Source: Eledone cirrhosa (Eukaryota). Taken from it: DNA of 64,000 nt. The number at the start of each line of letters is the position of its first letter. Within the stretch, counting starts at the first letter, position 1. Where the stretch lies: contig OZ024750.1 of assembly GCA_964016885.1 (NCBI GenBank), positions 42,222,001 through 42,286,000 of the forward strand, in the 5' to 3' direction. The position numbers were made by a program, and so were the translations under genes. A model generated the notes under the pieces. The model saw nothing but the letters and a program-made list of their open reading frames with translations, made no database searches and was not told the DNA's origin. Below are positions 1 through 12,010 of the stretch, piece after piece.

Positions 1-277
1 GGTCCCTATCATTCCACTGCAAAGTGGTCGTGGAGGCGCCACGGCAAAAAAGCACCCAGCCCACACTGTAAAGGGGACATGTAGGCGCCACGGCAAAAAA
101 GGACCCAGCACTCACTGTAAATGAGGTTGGTGTTAGGAAGCTGTAGAAATCAAGCCAGAATCAGTTCCCGTATGAGCAAAACAAGGTCAGCCGACCGGAC
201 ACTGCCCACAACAGGACAACCCGTCTAACCCATGCTAGCGTGGAAGAACGGACGTAAAACGGTGATGATTATGATGA
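1..277 (+). mobile_element. SINE family A (tRNA/CORE-type), 3' part, long-tail variant
   Basis: Matches body of copies at 4950, 10310, 18232, 59826 (gaggttggtgttaggaag...gtagaaatcaagccagaatcagttcccg); ends ccatgctagcgtggaagaacggacgtaaaac-(TGA)n; cut by window edge. Confidence 0.85.
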
Positions 278-338
278 TATATATATATATAATATCAATA
301 TATTGTATAGTAATCAGTTGCAATGCGGTTATATTTAG

Positions 339-551
339 AAGAAAACTGAGAAAATTAGTTATGAAATCATTATTACCAGCATCTGTTGATAATAACACAA
401 AAGTATTTTTCTATTCAAATAAATTACTAAAATTTACTGTGTATAAATTAACATCCCAATTAAAATATAAAGAAGAAACGGTGTCGGAAGAGAAGAAACA
501 GATGTTTGCTATTCAGCTGAAAGCAACAGTTGGGTTGTCTCAACTTGTGGA
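339..551 (+). CDS. Candidate host coding exon, product unknown
   Basis: Non-repetitive 213-bp open frame RKLRKLVMKSLLPAS...KQMFAIQLKATVGLSQLVE between tttAG (337-338) and GTgggt (552); phase 2-2; weak polypyrimidine tract; no partner exon found. Confidence 0.25.
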
Positions 552-676
552 GTGGGTTAGATTTTATTTTTATCATTAGTTTCCTCTCACTCTCTATTTA
601 GCTGTCTTCTAGTATCTCATCAACACATTCATTCAAAGTCACCATTTTTTTAATAGATTAATTCAAAATATATAAT

Positions 677-864
677 TGTTTCTACTGTTTGGCACAAGGC
701 CAGCAATAACCCAGTATATTACTGGTACTTTATTTTATCGACCCCGTAAGGATGAAAGGCAAAGTTAACCTCGGCGGGATTTGAACTCAGAATGGCAAGG
801 GCCGTAACTCTATATGCGTCAAAGCATGGCATCCGACCCTCTACCGATACTGCCAATTCACCGT
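677..864 (-). mobile_element. SINE family B (tRNA-derived, (ATT)n tail)
   Basis: Minus strand has A-box-like TGGCAGTATCGG, B-box GTTCAAATCCC and central ctttgcctttcatccttacggggtcgataaaataaagtaccag; 15-bp TSD ttcaaaatatataat at 662-676 and 865-879. Confidence 0.9.
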
Positions 865-890
865 TTCAAAATATATAATGAGGCCAGTCA

Positions 891-1086
891 TGCTATGGAC
901 TTGTGTCCAACTCAGCGGGTGGTCTTTTCATAAGACTGGGCTCTCTATCATTGAAGCTACTTCAAACATTGTTCAACCCAAGCCAACATTTGCTATAGAC
1001 TTGCGTCCAACTCAGCGGGTGGTCTTTTCATAAGACTGAGCTCTCTATCATTGAAGCTGTTTCAAAACAAAACATTGTACAACCCA
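891..1086. repeat. Tandem duplication, ~100 bp x2
   Basis: tgctat(g/a)gacttg(t/c)gtccaactcagcgggtggtcttttcataagactg... at 891 and 991. Confidence 0.85.
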
Positions 1087-1175
1087 TGCAATCATAGAAA
1101 AATGGACGTTTCCAATTTTCTAGATGCTATCATTAATTTACTAAACTTGATATCAATTTAACGAAGATTTTAAAG

Positions 1176-1390
1176 TAATGGTTTCTGTTTTAGGCACAAG
1201 GCCAGCAATTTCGTTGGAAGGGGAAAGTCAATTAAATTGACCCCAGTGCATGACTGGTACTTTATTTTATCGACCCCGTAAGGATGAAAGGCAAAGCTAA
1301 CCTAAGCGTGATTTAAGCTCAGAACGTAAAAGGCCGTAACTATGTTGCGAAGCATGGTTTCTGATGCTCCACCGACTCTGGCAATCCACC
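1176..1390 (-). mobile_element. SINE family B copy
   Basis: Same head, central domain and tail as 677-864, plus a short extra internal segment. Confidence 0.85.
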
Positions 1391-1460
1391 AGATTTCCAA
1401 ACAAGGAATATATAATTCATAACCCTTTATTTTGACTTTGACACTGAGTAATTTAATTTT

Positions 1461-1628
1461 TCGCAGGTACAGCTGTAGGTTTGGGCATGGCTACTTTAGT
1501 ACTCCATGCTTTTGGGATCAATCACACTGCCAGGCACCTTGGACATACGTCTTCTACCATAAACTTGAGTTGATAGATGCCTTATGAGTGATGAATTTGG
1601 TAGACAGAAACTATGACAGAGCCCGTCA
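1461..1628 (+). mobile_element. Diverged SINE family C
   Basis: tRNA-like head, ggcaccttgg...gtcttctaccata, tail tttggtagacagaaact...agcccgtc recalled as a common octopus SINE; related head at 38218. Confidence 0.6.
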
Positions 1629-1646
1629 CACACATGTATACATGCT

Positions 1647-1800
1647 AGAACCGGGACCCAATGGCCAAGCTCTTTCTGCTTCTAGTCTGGAGTTAGCTGT
1701 CAAAATGGTAAGAGCTCAGCTGTCGGGTTCCGGCTCTTTCTAATATAGCCACACTCTACAATCACAAGTATTGAGTACTCTGTTTAATAATGCTCTTACT
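1647..1800. repeat. Dispersed hairpin element (copy 1)
   Basis: Imperfect inverted repeat 1647-1737 followed by aagtattgagtactct; related to 4773-4825 and 43348-43500. Confidence 0.6.
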
Positions 1801-1867
1801 AGTTTAATACAGGTTAAATCCTGATATATGCACCCACCCACGCCCGCATACACACGCACACACACAA

Positions 1868-1985
1868 CTTATTTTTGACAGCTGGGTTGACTGGAGTAAC
1901 ATGAAATAAAGTGTTTTGCTTAAGGACACAACTCAGTGCTTGGTCTGGGAATCGAACTCACAACCTTACAACCGTGAGTCAGACT
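1868..1985 (-). mobile_element. Diverged CORE-type SINE head
   Basis: actggagtaacatgaaataaagtgttttgcttaagga...gggaatcgaactc is the reverse complement of the family A head/CORE region. Confidence 0.65.
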
Positions 1986-2580
1986 TCTTCACTGTATTCG
2001 AAGGAGTCGTAGGGGTGCCATATCAACATACAGGATTTCTAGGGCTTTTTAAGCCTGGTGGAGCCCTTCCTTCTCTAAGTCTGAATAAAGCAGATTTCTT
2101 CCAGACAAGGAAAGAGAAAGGAAGTGAGAAAGAGATATAGAGGGAGAATAAATCCCTGTAGTAAACTGGTACCTTTTTTTTTTTATTGACTTCGAAAAGA
2201 TGAAAGGCAAACACTTCTTCTTCACAATCTGTGGTCTATACCATATATGGAATAAAGCAAGGGTTAGTGCCCCAGGAAAGACATGGAACCAGAGAAAAAC
2301 TGAATAAAATGTGATTCCATCTGTGGTCTATAGCAGTGCTTCTCAAACTATCTGATGTGGCGGACCAGCATTTTTTTTTTTCAATGTGCCACGTACCACT
2401 AATATTTCGTAGTAATATTAATTTATACCGGAAACGATATATATAACGAATATAATAAAAGTTGACCATTTCTTTATCTTCTATTTATTTTGTAAACAAA
2501 CAATACAATATCAAAACATATAAAAAAGTAATAAGAAAAATAACAAGCAGTTTATTAACACAAAATAAAAATTATATAAA

Positions 2581-3150
2581 CCCTCCCCAAATATAACACC
2601 CCCCCCATACAACATGACACTCCTCAAATATAACACGACACTCCCCAAATATAACACGACCCTCCCCAAATATAACACGACCCGCCCCAAATATACCCCC
2701 CCCCCCGAAAATACAATGTGACCCTCCCCCAATATACCCCCCCAAATATAACACGACCCTCTCCAAATATAACATGACCCTCCCCAAATATAACACGACC
2801 CTCCCCAAATATATAACACGACCCACCCCAAATATAACACGACCCTCCCCAAATATATAACACGACCCACCCCAAATATAACACGACCCACCCCAAATAT
2901 AACACGACTCTCCCCAAATATAACACGACTCTCCCCAAATATAACACGACTCTCCCCAAATATAACACGACTCTCCCCAAATGTAACACGACTCTCCCCA
3001 AATGTAACATGGCCCACCCCAAATATAACATGACACGCCCCCATATAACATGACCGTCCCCCAATATAACATGCCCCTCCCTCAATATAACACCCCCCAT
3101 ATAACACGACCTCCCCCAAAATACCCCCCCCCCATATAACATGACCCATA
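2581..3150. repeat. Minisatellite, ~21-bp unit (tataacacgactctccccaaa)
   Basis: Period 21 visible at 2901/2922/2943; degenerate at edges. Confidence 0.95.
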
Positions 3151-3477
3151 ACCTACTTATTAAAATAAACAACCAATTACATAATGAAATCAGTTACATA
3201 ATTAACTATATTGAGATTATTTTTGATTTTTATTGTGTGTGTGTGTGTGTTTGTGTATATGTGTATATGTATATATATTGTACATAGAAGAGACTAAAAG
3301 ATGTTTCTATCATTCGGTTCTCACCCATGAATTAATAATCAAATAAATTATTGTACTGATTTATATTTAATATAGTGTGCAGGTCTCCAGAGATATATTT
3401 ATGTTTATATATATATAAATATATTTATGTTTATATATATATAAATATATTTATGTTTATATATATATATATATATT

Positions 3478-4495
3478 AAGACTGGCTGTCCATGGGAACT
3501 TCTCTATGCTGACGATCTGGCTCTTATAGCAGAATCAGTAGAGGAGCTAGAGAATAAATTCCGGCTATGGAAACAGCAGTTGGAAGCAAGAGGACTGAGA
3601 GTAAATCTAGCTAAGACAAAAGTGTTGATGAGTAGAAAAGAGGACAAAACCCTGATTCCGTCAGGGAAATGGCCATGTTCGATATGCAGAAAAGGAACTG
3701 GCATAAATTCTATAAAATGCACACAATGCAGGTCCTGGGTACACAAGAGATGTAGCGGGATAGCAGGCAAACTAACAGGTAGGGAGAAATATGTATGCAG
3801 TAGATGTACAGGGAAATTAGACAGAAGTCGCACTGATAGACACATTTTTCAAATGCGAGAGGGCGCTATAGAAGTGGTGGATAGCTTCCGGTACCTAGGA
3901 GATCAGATTAGCATGGGAGGAGGGTGTTCCGAGGCCATAGTATCTAGAATAAGGACGGGTTGGAAGAAGTTTAGGGAGCTGCTTCCTCTGTTGACGAAGA
4001 AGGGTTTCTCCCTGCGTACGAAAGGCCGGTTGTATGATGCCTGTGTGAGGAGCGCGATGCTGCATGGTAGTGAGACATGGGCAGCAACCGCAGAGGATAT
4101 GCGACGGCTGGAGAGAAATGAGGCAAGCATGCTCCGTTGGATGTGCAGTGTAAATGTGCGTGAACGACCCAGCATAAGTGTGTTGAGAGAGAAACTGTGT
4201 CTGAGAGGGATAGAATGTAGTGTACGGGAGAGGAGACTGAGGTGGTATGGACATGTGATGCGCATGGAGGATGACCGATGGGTGAAGAAGTGCCAGGAAA
4301 TGCCAGTTGAAGGAAGACGTGGTAGAGGTAGACCACGAAAAACATGGGCGGAGGTGGTGAGAACAGACCTCAGATCATTGAAGCTCACGGTGGAGATGAC
4401 GAGGGACCGTGACGAGTGGAGAGATGCTGTGCTGAATAAGACCCGTCCTACCCTTGCAAGCAGGGAAAAGCGGACGTAAAATGATGATGATGATG
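3478..4495 (+). mobile_element. 5'-truncated RTE-clade LINE; open RT C-terminal frame 3478-4479
   Basis: Frame reads KTGCPWELLYADDLALIAE...GLRVNLAKTKV...FRYLGD...MLHGSETW...RRLRWYGHVMR...RGRGRPRKTW; (TGA)n tail; TA-rich flanks. Confidence 0.97.
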
Positions 4496-4724
4496 ATATA
4501 TATATAAATATATAAATATATATATATATATATAAATAAATAAATATATATATATAAATATATAAGATAAAAATACTTGAATGCGTTAGAGTTAAACACA
4601 CTCGTTGTATTAGAGAAATGACAGTATAAGATATAGCTCAATGCTATCAAACAGAGCCGAAAAAATTTATATAAAAAATTAACAAAGAAGCCTTAATACA
4701 TTAAAAATCTTTATATATATAAAT

Positions 4725-4769
<45 letters not shown>

Positions 4770-4826
4770 CATATCCAGAATTTAGCCGGCGAAACGTCTT
4801 GAGCTCAGCCGTCGGGGTCCTACTCG

Positions 4827-5308
<482 letters not shown>

Positions 5309-5309
5309 G

Positions 5310-5815
5310 ATATGTGTGTGTGTGTTATGTATATATATATATATTTATTAAAATAACAGATTGAAGTTTAAGCAAAGAATCGCTGCTTTCACTTATTACT
5401 ATATATATATATGTGTTATGTATATATATATATATATGTGTGTGTGTGTTATGTATATATATGTGTTATGTATATATATGTGTGTGTTATGTATATATAT
5501 ATGTATATATATATATATACATATATATATATGTATATATATACATATATGTATGTATATATGTGTGTGTTATGTATATATATATATATATATATATGTG
5601 CGTGTGTATATATGTATGTGTTTGTTTAGTATATATATATATGTGTGTGTGTTATATATATTTAGACATTGATATTTATGTATATGTTACGTATATTACA
5701 TACTTATACAAAGATAAATAAATATATATATATATGTTAAACATTATATATATATATATATATTTCAACATATATATATATATTTATTTATCTTTGTATA
5801 TATATATATATATAT
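5310..5815. repeat. Compound TA/TG microsatellite
   Basis: tatatatgtgtgttatg-type units. Confidence 0.95.
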
Positions 5816-5816
5816 A

Positions 5817-6100
5817 TCTACATCTAGGGAGGGTAAAATTCTCGAGATCATGGACGAGTTCTCTCCAGCGGTCTCTGTCCCTCATTATCGCTGCCATGTC
5901 CTGCGTCTCCAACAGACCAGTGTCTGTCCTTAGGGCATCAACATATGTTAACCTTGGTCTTCCTCTTCCAGTGTGTCCATGTAGGGGCTCCCACAGGAGC
6001 ACTGAGTGCAATGTCAACCCTGGATGTCGGTGAGCATGTCCAGCTAACCTCAGTCTCCTCTGTGTCACTTTTGAGCTGACTTTTGGGAGACTCCCATACA
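5817..6100 (-). mobile_element. 3' fragment of a second RTE/RTE-X-like LINE family
   Basis: YGSLPKVSSKVTQRRLRLAGHAHRH...LLWEPLHGHTGRGRPRLTYVDAL...MRDRDRWR. Confidence 0.88.
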
Positions 6101-6103
6101 TGC

Positions 6104-6137
<34 letters not shown>

Positions 6138-6642
6138 GCATATTATATACTTATACATAGATATGTATATATTACATATATCATGTACTTGCACATAGAT
6201 ATGTGTATGTTATCAATTTATTTATTTATACATAGATATCATGAATATATTATGTATGTTTATTCACTTGTACATAGTTCTACATAGGTCTATGTTATGT
6301 TATGCAACTGTAAATATATATTATGTATGTCAAAAGATATTCTACATATAATAGTTTCTTTTTGCTGGGCACATGAAGCGCGCTTTATTTTATTGGACAG
6401 GAAAATCTAAGCTTGGTATTCATGCCTTTCCAAAGGATGTACGCCCTCTCAACAGTGTTTGACAGCTTTAATTGCAATATAAACCTCGTCACTGGTTCAA
6501 TTCACTTAGAAGTTAATTTCTGGTTGTCTCCGTAAATACTTTTGAGTGTAATTACATATTTGTTTTCTAACACACCTACACCCATTCATACATACAAACA
6601 CACATATATGAATGGGGAGGAACTCAAGAGAGTCAACAACCA

Positions 6643-6865
6643 TCCAGGCTTGTCCCAGAGGGGAATCTTGTTGCACTTGATCGTGATACTGAAGGGCTCT
6701 TAAGACCATTGATTGTGATACTGAAGGGGTCTTAAGACCATTGATTGTGATATTGAAGGGGTCTTAAGACCATTGATCGTGATACTGAAGGGGTCTTAAG
6801 ACCATTGAATGTGATATTGAAGGGGTCTTAAGACCATTGATTGTGATATTGAAGGGCTCTTAAGT
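6643..6865. repeat. Dispersed segment with ~32-bp tandem tail; duplicated at 7923-8090
   Basis: ccaggcttgtcccagaggggaatcttgttgcacttgatcgtgatactgaaggg then (ttaagaccattgattgtgatattgaaggggtc)n in both places. Confidence 0.85.
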
Positions 6866-6899
6866 TTTTTTTTGTGTGACAAGACACTCCTAGTCTTCA

Positions 6900-7126
6900 T
6901 TAACCCTTTAGTGTTCAAACCGGCCAAAACCGGCCAGAATTCTATACCTTTTTCTATTGTAACTGGATGTAACTGGTCACTCAAACTGATGTTAAGGTAT
7001 TGTTCTCACAATAAATACTTTCAATATCTCATAGATTCGATATTATGTGAGATATTATGTGAGGCAAAGCCTTTACCATGAAAATATAATAGTATTTATA
7101 GAATAATGTGAATGCTAAAGGGTTAA
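6900..7126 (+). mobile_element. piggyBac-like MITE family P1
   Basis: TTAA-CCCTTTAG...CTAAAGGG-TTAA termini, ~225 bp, about 12 related copies in window. Confidence 0.85.
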
Positions 7127-7574
7127 GAGATCTCTCCAGGAGAAGGTCACTCTGATATAAAACCTGCGACTGTTTGCATCCAATGATGTAGACCAGTTCT
7201 TCTCTTTGGGTAAATGCATTCAATGTTCAGAGAGTGGGACTGGCTCTGTGCAAAGCTTTTCCTCACTTTAAAAAAGCTTCAAGCACAGGCTTCGCTTGAT
7301 ATGTGACTTTTTTTTTGTCATGTATGGCATTGCTAGACAGGTCTCTGGCAGGACTGAAGGGTCACGTCTGTGACACTCATGCTTGAGTGTCAAGCGAAGG
7401 CATTGCTCGCAGTTGAGTTGTAGCCATCATGTATGTATGATTCTCTATCCTTCTGTTCATCCAGTTTAGACTAGGTATACCGTATGGCTGCGTGTTGTAA
7501 GAAATAACTAAAAGGGTTGGTGTCAGGAAGGGCATCCAGCTGTAAAACATTGCTTCAAAAAGTCCCATCTAACC

Positions 7575-7743
7575 CATATATTATAGTGTATATATGGTCT
7601 ATATATAGTGTATATATGGTGTATATTATAGTGTATATTATAGTGTATATATAGTGTATATTATAGTGTATATATGGTGTATTTATAGTGTATTTATAAT
7701 GTATATTTAGTGTATTTATAGTGAATATATAGTGTATATATGG

Positions 7744-7800
<57 letters not shown>
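7575..7800. repeat. TA-rich minisatellite/microsatellite
   Basis: tatattatagtg units then (TA)n. Confidence 0.9.
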
Positions 7801-7803
<3 letters not shown>

Positions 7804-8469
7804 CACGTCACTGGTGCCAAGCTGTAATGGCCCTTGTCTTTCCCTTTGACAACATTTGTGCCATGGAAAGGAGAAGACTGGTATATATGGGCGACTGCTG
7901 GTCTTCTACAGAAACACTTTGCCCAGGCTTGTCCCAGAGGGGAATCTTGTTGCACTTGATCGTGATACTGAAGGGGTCTTAAGACCATTGAATGTGATAT
8001 TGAAGGGGTCTTAAGACCATTGATTGTGATATTGAAGGGCTCTTAAGACCATTTATCGTGATATTGAAGGGGTCTTAAAAACATTGATCACCGATGTAAA
8101 GAGTCAATTATATCACAAAACTCCTGAAAATTCTTAATTATTTTCACAATTAATTAAAAATCATAGGGAATGTCTTTCATTAGAAATATGCTAATGAAAG
8201 GGTTAATTGTTTGTCGGCAGATCAATTAATTGATGAACAGAGAATGCACAACAGATATTTACCAATAAAGGATATTGAGCTATTGAACAATGTTTTACAA
8301 GTGATAATACAGAAGACTCGCCTTGCCTAAGTACAAAGCAAAACCTACAGTCAGCAGGCACCTCTGAACCAAAATACACCCCCGTCCACTACCCCTACCC
8401 CCACCGCCATCTACACCACACCCCTTTCGATTGTAAAGCTATGTTGGTACCACAACATCCAGTCCTAAA

Positions 8470-8729
8470 TAAATGAGGTCATGTAGGTGTCAAACAAAAA
8501 AACACACAGTCCACGCTGTAATGTGGCCGTGTAGGTAACACGGTAAAAACCTCCCAGTCCACACTGTAAACGTGGTTGGTGTTAGGAAGGGCATCCAGCC
8601 GTAGAAAACCTGCCAGACAGTCCTGAGCAAGACAACCAATCTTGCCTCAAGTGGGACAATTCCCGTCCAGACCCATGCAAGCGTGGAAGATGGACGTTAA
8701 ACGACGATGATGATGATGATGATGATGAT
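8470..8729 (+). mobile_element. SINE family A 3' half, third tail variant
   Basis: gttggtgttaggaagggcatccagccgtagaaaacc...cccatgcaagcgtggaagatggacgttaaac-(GAT)n; same variant at 19463-19635. Confidence 0.8.
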
Positions 8730-8959
8730 AAGGTTTAACAGGAAGCATTGTTAAATATGTAGTGTGGACCTGGGTGGGTTCTGGTAATTCACTTACAATA
8801 CTTAGAAAAGCATGAACACCACAACATCTTATGTAAAGGTATCAATAACACACGTAAAGGCATGACCACCACAGCATCTCATAGTAGCATGAGCGAGCAC
8901 CACAAATGCTTTAACGATACCGCCAATCCTCAGTTTTAAGTTAATGTTTGTTCTAAGCC

Positions 8960-9195
8960 AAAGGTCAGGCTAGTGTTTATTCCTGGTTACCATGGCAACT
9001 GAGAGTACAAGACACTCCCTGGATAGGATGCTAGTCTATTGCAGAGTTAACTCCCCCAGCTACTCATCCCAGCTGAGTATACTGGAGGAACATGAAAAAA
9101 AGTGTTTTGCTCAAGAACACAACGCAGCAGGCCTGTCCAGGAATCAAACCGACAACATTATGATGACCCTAACCATTAGGCCATTTGGCCTCACA
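8960..9195 (-). mobile_element. Diverged CORE-type SINE with different tail; second copy ~39955-40215
   Basis: caactgagagtacaaga...ctagtc.attg.agag.tta...gagtatactggag.aacatgaaa..aagtgttttgctcaagaac shared by both copies. Confidence 0.65.
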
Positions 9196-9232
9196 TTCCT
9201 CTAAACTGGTAGCTTATTTAGCTGGACAGATG

Positions 9233-9434
9233 AAAGGCCAGGTTGACCCCCAGAGAGTTATTGTCCAACACACTGACTCTGTCAAAGGCAAGGTTGACCC
9301 CAGAGGGCCACTGTCTAACACACTGACTCTGTCAAAGGCAAGGTTGACCCCAGAGGGCCACTGTCCAACACACTGACTCTGTCAAAGGCAAGGTTGACCC
9401 CAGGGAGCTACTGTCCTACACACTGACTCTGTCA
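9233..9434. repeat. Minisatellite 50 bp x4
   Basis: aaaggcaaggttgaccccagagggccactgtccaacacactgactctgtc. Confidence 0.9.
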
Positions 9435-9449
9435 ATTCATTTAGGTTAG

Positions 9450-9667
9450 TAATTTTAACCTGCCGTATCCAACCAGAATTCTCCCACCTCTTTCTGTTCA
9501 AACTGGCCATAACTAGCCACTCATACTGATGTTAAAGTATTGTTCTCAAAATAAATAATATCAAAATCTCATAGATTTGATATTATGGGAGATAATTATG
9601 TGAGGTAAAGCCTTTACTGTGGAAACACAATAGTAAATATAGAGTAATGTAAATACTAAAGGGTTAA
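9450..9667 (+). mobile_element. MITE P1 copy, left end degraded
   Basis: Internal similarity to 6900-7126; right end ctaaagggTTAA. Confidence 0.75.
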
Positions 9668-9968
9668 TAGACACTTGGGTAAACTAATATCTGTAAATAG
9701 ATTTATAGCTTGGAAAAAAAGGCCTAAATATGTGGTAAACTGGGTTAGGGGTAACTTATGTGTTGTGGTTGGCTGGTTTCAGTGAAGACAATGTATTTTG
9801 ATTGATTGGTAATTAATTGGGAGTGGCTAGTTATGAAGTAGGAGTGGTTAGTTATTTAGTGGGTGTGGCCAAACTTTAATAATGGATATTTATATTTACT
9901 ACTGTAATTTTATAGTAAATCTATTATATCACTACAAGTTGAAGTTTTAGTCAACTGTGTGTGTGTTT

Positions 9969-10196
9969 ATAATAATTAGGGAACAAAGAATCAGTGTTGC
10001 ATCATATACATATTTAATCACATATTACACATGTTTCACTGTCGATCAGCTCAAGGAATGATTGATTATGTTGGTTCCAGAGTCAGGAATGAACATAATC
10101 AATCGTTCCTTGAACTGATCTCGACAGTGAAACATGTGTAATATGTGATTAAATATGTATGTATGCAACACTGATTCTTTGTTCCCTAATTATTAT
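9969..10196. repeat. Fold-back palindrome, ~104-bp arms, ~19-nt spacer
   Basis: ataataattagggaacaaagaatcagtgttgcat... mirrored by ...atgcaacactgattctttgttccctaattattat. Confidence 0.92.
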
Positions 10197-10277
10197 TATT
10201 GATACTCTGCTCCCCAATAGCATTGAATACTCATCTTGGCATACCACCTGCGAACGCAATTCAATTGTGGCCATTAC

Positions 10278-10309
<32 letters not shown>

Positions 10310-10313
<4 letters not shown>

Positions 10314-10647
10314 CGGACCAAGTGATGTGTTGTTTCCTTGAGCAAGACACTTTATTTCACATTGCTCCAGTTTACTCAGCTGTAGAAATGAGATGATAGA
10401 GACCCCAGTCCCTATCATTCCACTGCAAAATGGTCGTGGAGGTGCCACGGCAAAAATAAGCACCCAAGGACTCGCTGTAAATGAGGTTGGTGTTAGGAAG
10501 GGCATCTAGCTGTAGGAATCAAGCCAGAATCAGTTCCCGTATGAGCAAGACAAGGTCAGTCGACCGGACACTGCCCACAACAGGACAGCCCGTCTAAGCC
10601 ATGCTAGCGTGGAAGAACGGATGTAAAACAGTGATGATGATGATGAT
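10310..10647 (+). mobile_element. SINE family A, 5'-truncated, long-tail variant
   Basis: CORE-like region plus tail of the same type as 1-277. Confidence 0.9.
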
Positions 10648-10844
10648 ACATATAATATATATATATATACATAATGTAAGGTAAAGCCTTTACCACAAAA
10701 ATACCATAGTATTTATAATGTAAATGCTAAAGGGTTAAGGGTTTTCATCTCTGCACATTAGCACATCATTCTTTATATTAATTTTGTTGCATTTATTTCT
10801 TGGATGGAACAGTTGTCTACCATATCTTTTACTTAACTGTATTT

Positions 10845-11027
10845 TAAGACACCTAAACATCTGTTACCATGACAACCATACCCTAACTCTGTGTCTTAAG
10901 ACACCTAAACATCTGTTACCATGACAACCAGACCCTAACTCTGTATTTTAAGACATCTAAACACCTGAAACCATGACAACCAGACCCTAATTCTATATTC
11001 TAAGACATCTAAACATCTGTTACCATG
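10845..11027. repeat. Minisatellite 52 bp x3.5
   Basis: taagacacctaaacatctgttaccatgacaacc... at 10845/10897/10949/11001. Confidence 0.9.
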
Positions 11028-11064
11028 GAGATATTTTATCAGAGCTTTTGTCCTTTCAATTGTT

Positions 11065-11400
11065 CAATAATGGTTCCTGATTTGGGTGCAATGACAACAG
11101 TTCGGGAGAGATCAATTAAATCGGTCCCAGTGCATTACTGGTACTTTATTTTATTTCCCCTGTAAAAATGAAAGGCAAAGCTAACCTCAGTGGGATTTGA
11201 ACTCAGAACATAAAGCATATTATCCGATGCTCTCCCGATTCTGCCATTCCACCACCCTCAATTTTTCAGTAATAATTGTTTCTACTTTTGGCACAAGGCC
11301 AGCAATTACCCCAGTGCATTACTGGTACTTTATTTTATTGACCCCGTAAGGATGAAAGGCAAAGTTAACCTCGTCAGACCCTCTACCGATACTGCCAATC
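11065..11400 (-). mobile_element. Two adjacent SINE family B copies
   Basis: 11065-11257 diverged; 11277-11400 internally deleted and flanked by cagtaataat repeats. Confidence 0.8.
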
Positions 11401-11473
11401 CAGTAATAATTGGTAACATTCATAGTTAAAATATTTATCTATATTATTCCTTACTCTAAATAAGTTGTATATT

Positions 11474-12010
11474 TTAACCCTTTAATGTTCAAACTGGCCA
11501 AAACCGGCCAGAATTCTCTACCTCTTTCTGTTGATACTGGCTGTAACTGGTCGCTCAAACTGATGTTAAGGTATTGTTCTCAAAATAAATACTTTCAAAA
11601 TCTCATAGATTCGATATTATGTGATATATTATGTGGGGTAAAGCCTTTACCATGAACATATAATAGCATATATAGAGTAATGTGAATGCTAAAGGGTTAA
11701 AGAAACATATTTATTGAGCTCATCATCATCATCATAATGATTTAACCTCCATTTTCTATTCTTGCTCCTATTAGTTGAGTTGTCATACTGAGACTAAACT
11801 AGTCAGGTGACTAGATCTTGCTCATATGTTCCATTTTGGGCTTGGTTTCTATGGCTGGATGTCCTTCTTAATGTCAACCACTATATAATTATGTAATAGA
11901 AACATTTTATCATGACTTCAGCACTACCTTACAGGTGGACTAGGTGCTTGTTAAAGCATATATATATATTGTTAAAGTATATATAGAGTAATGTGAATGC
12001 TAAAGGGTTA
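11474..12010 (+). mobile_element. Composite MITE P1: full copy 11474-11700, ~255 bp extra DNA, second right terminus
   Basis: TTAACCC...GGGTTAA, then sequence near-identical to 15880-16128, then tatatagagtaatgtgaatgctaaagggTTAA. Confidence 0.75.

Noticed and set aside
1467-1587. Apparent exon after tttttcgcAG (GTAVGLGMATLVLHAFG or YSCRFGHGYFSTPCFW)
   Set aside because: The whole stretch follows a diverged SINE from head to tail; no good donor site
2334-2420. hAT-like left end cagtgcttctcaaac
   Set aside because: No matching right end or second TSD found
10728-10745. Telomere-like aagggttaagggtt
   Set aside because: It is a MITE terminus plus one chance unit, not a TTAGGG array
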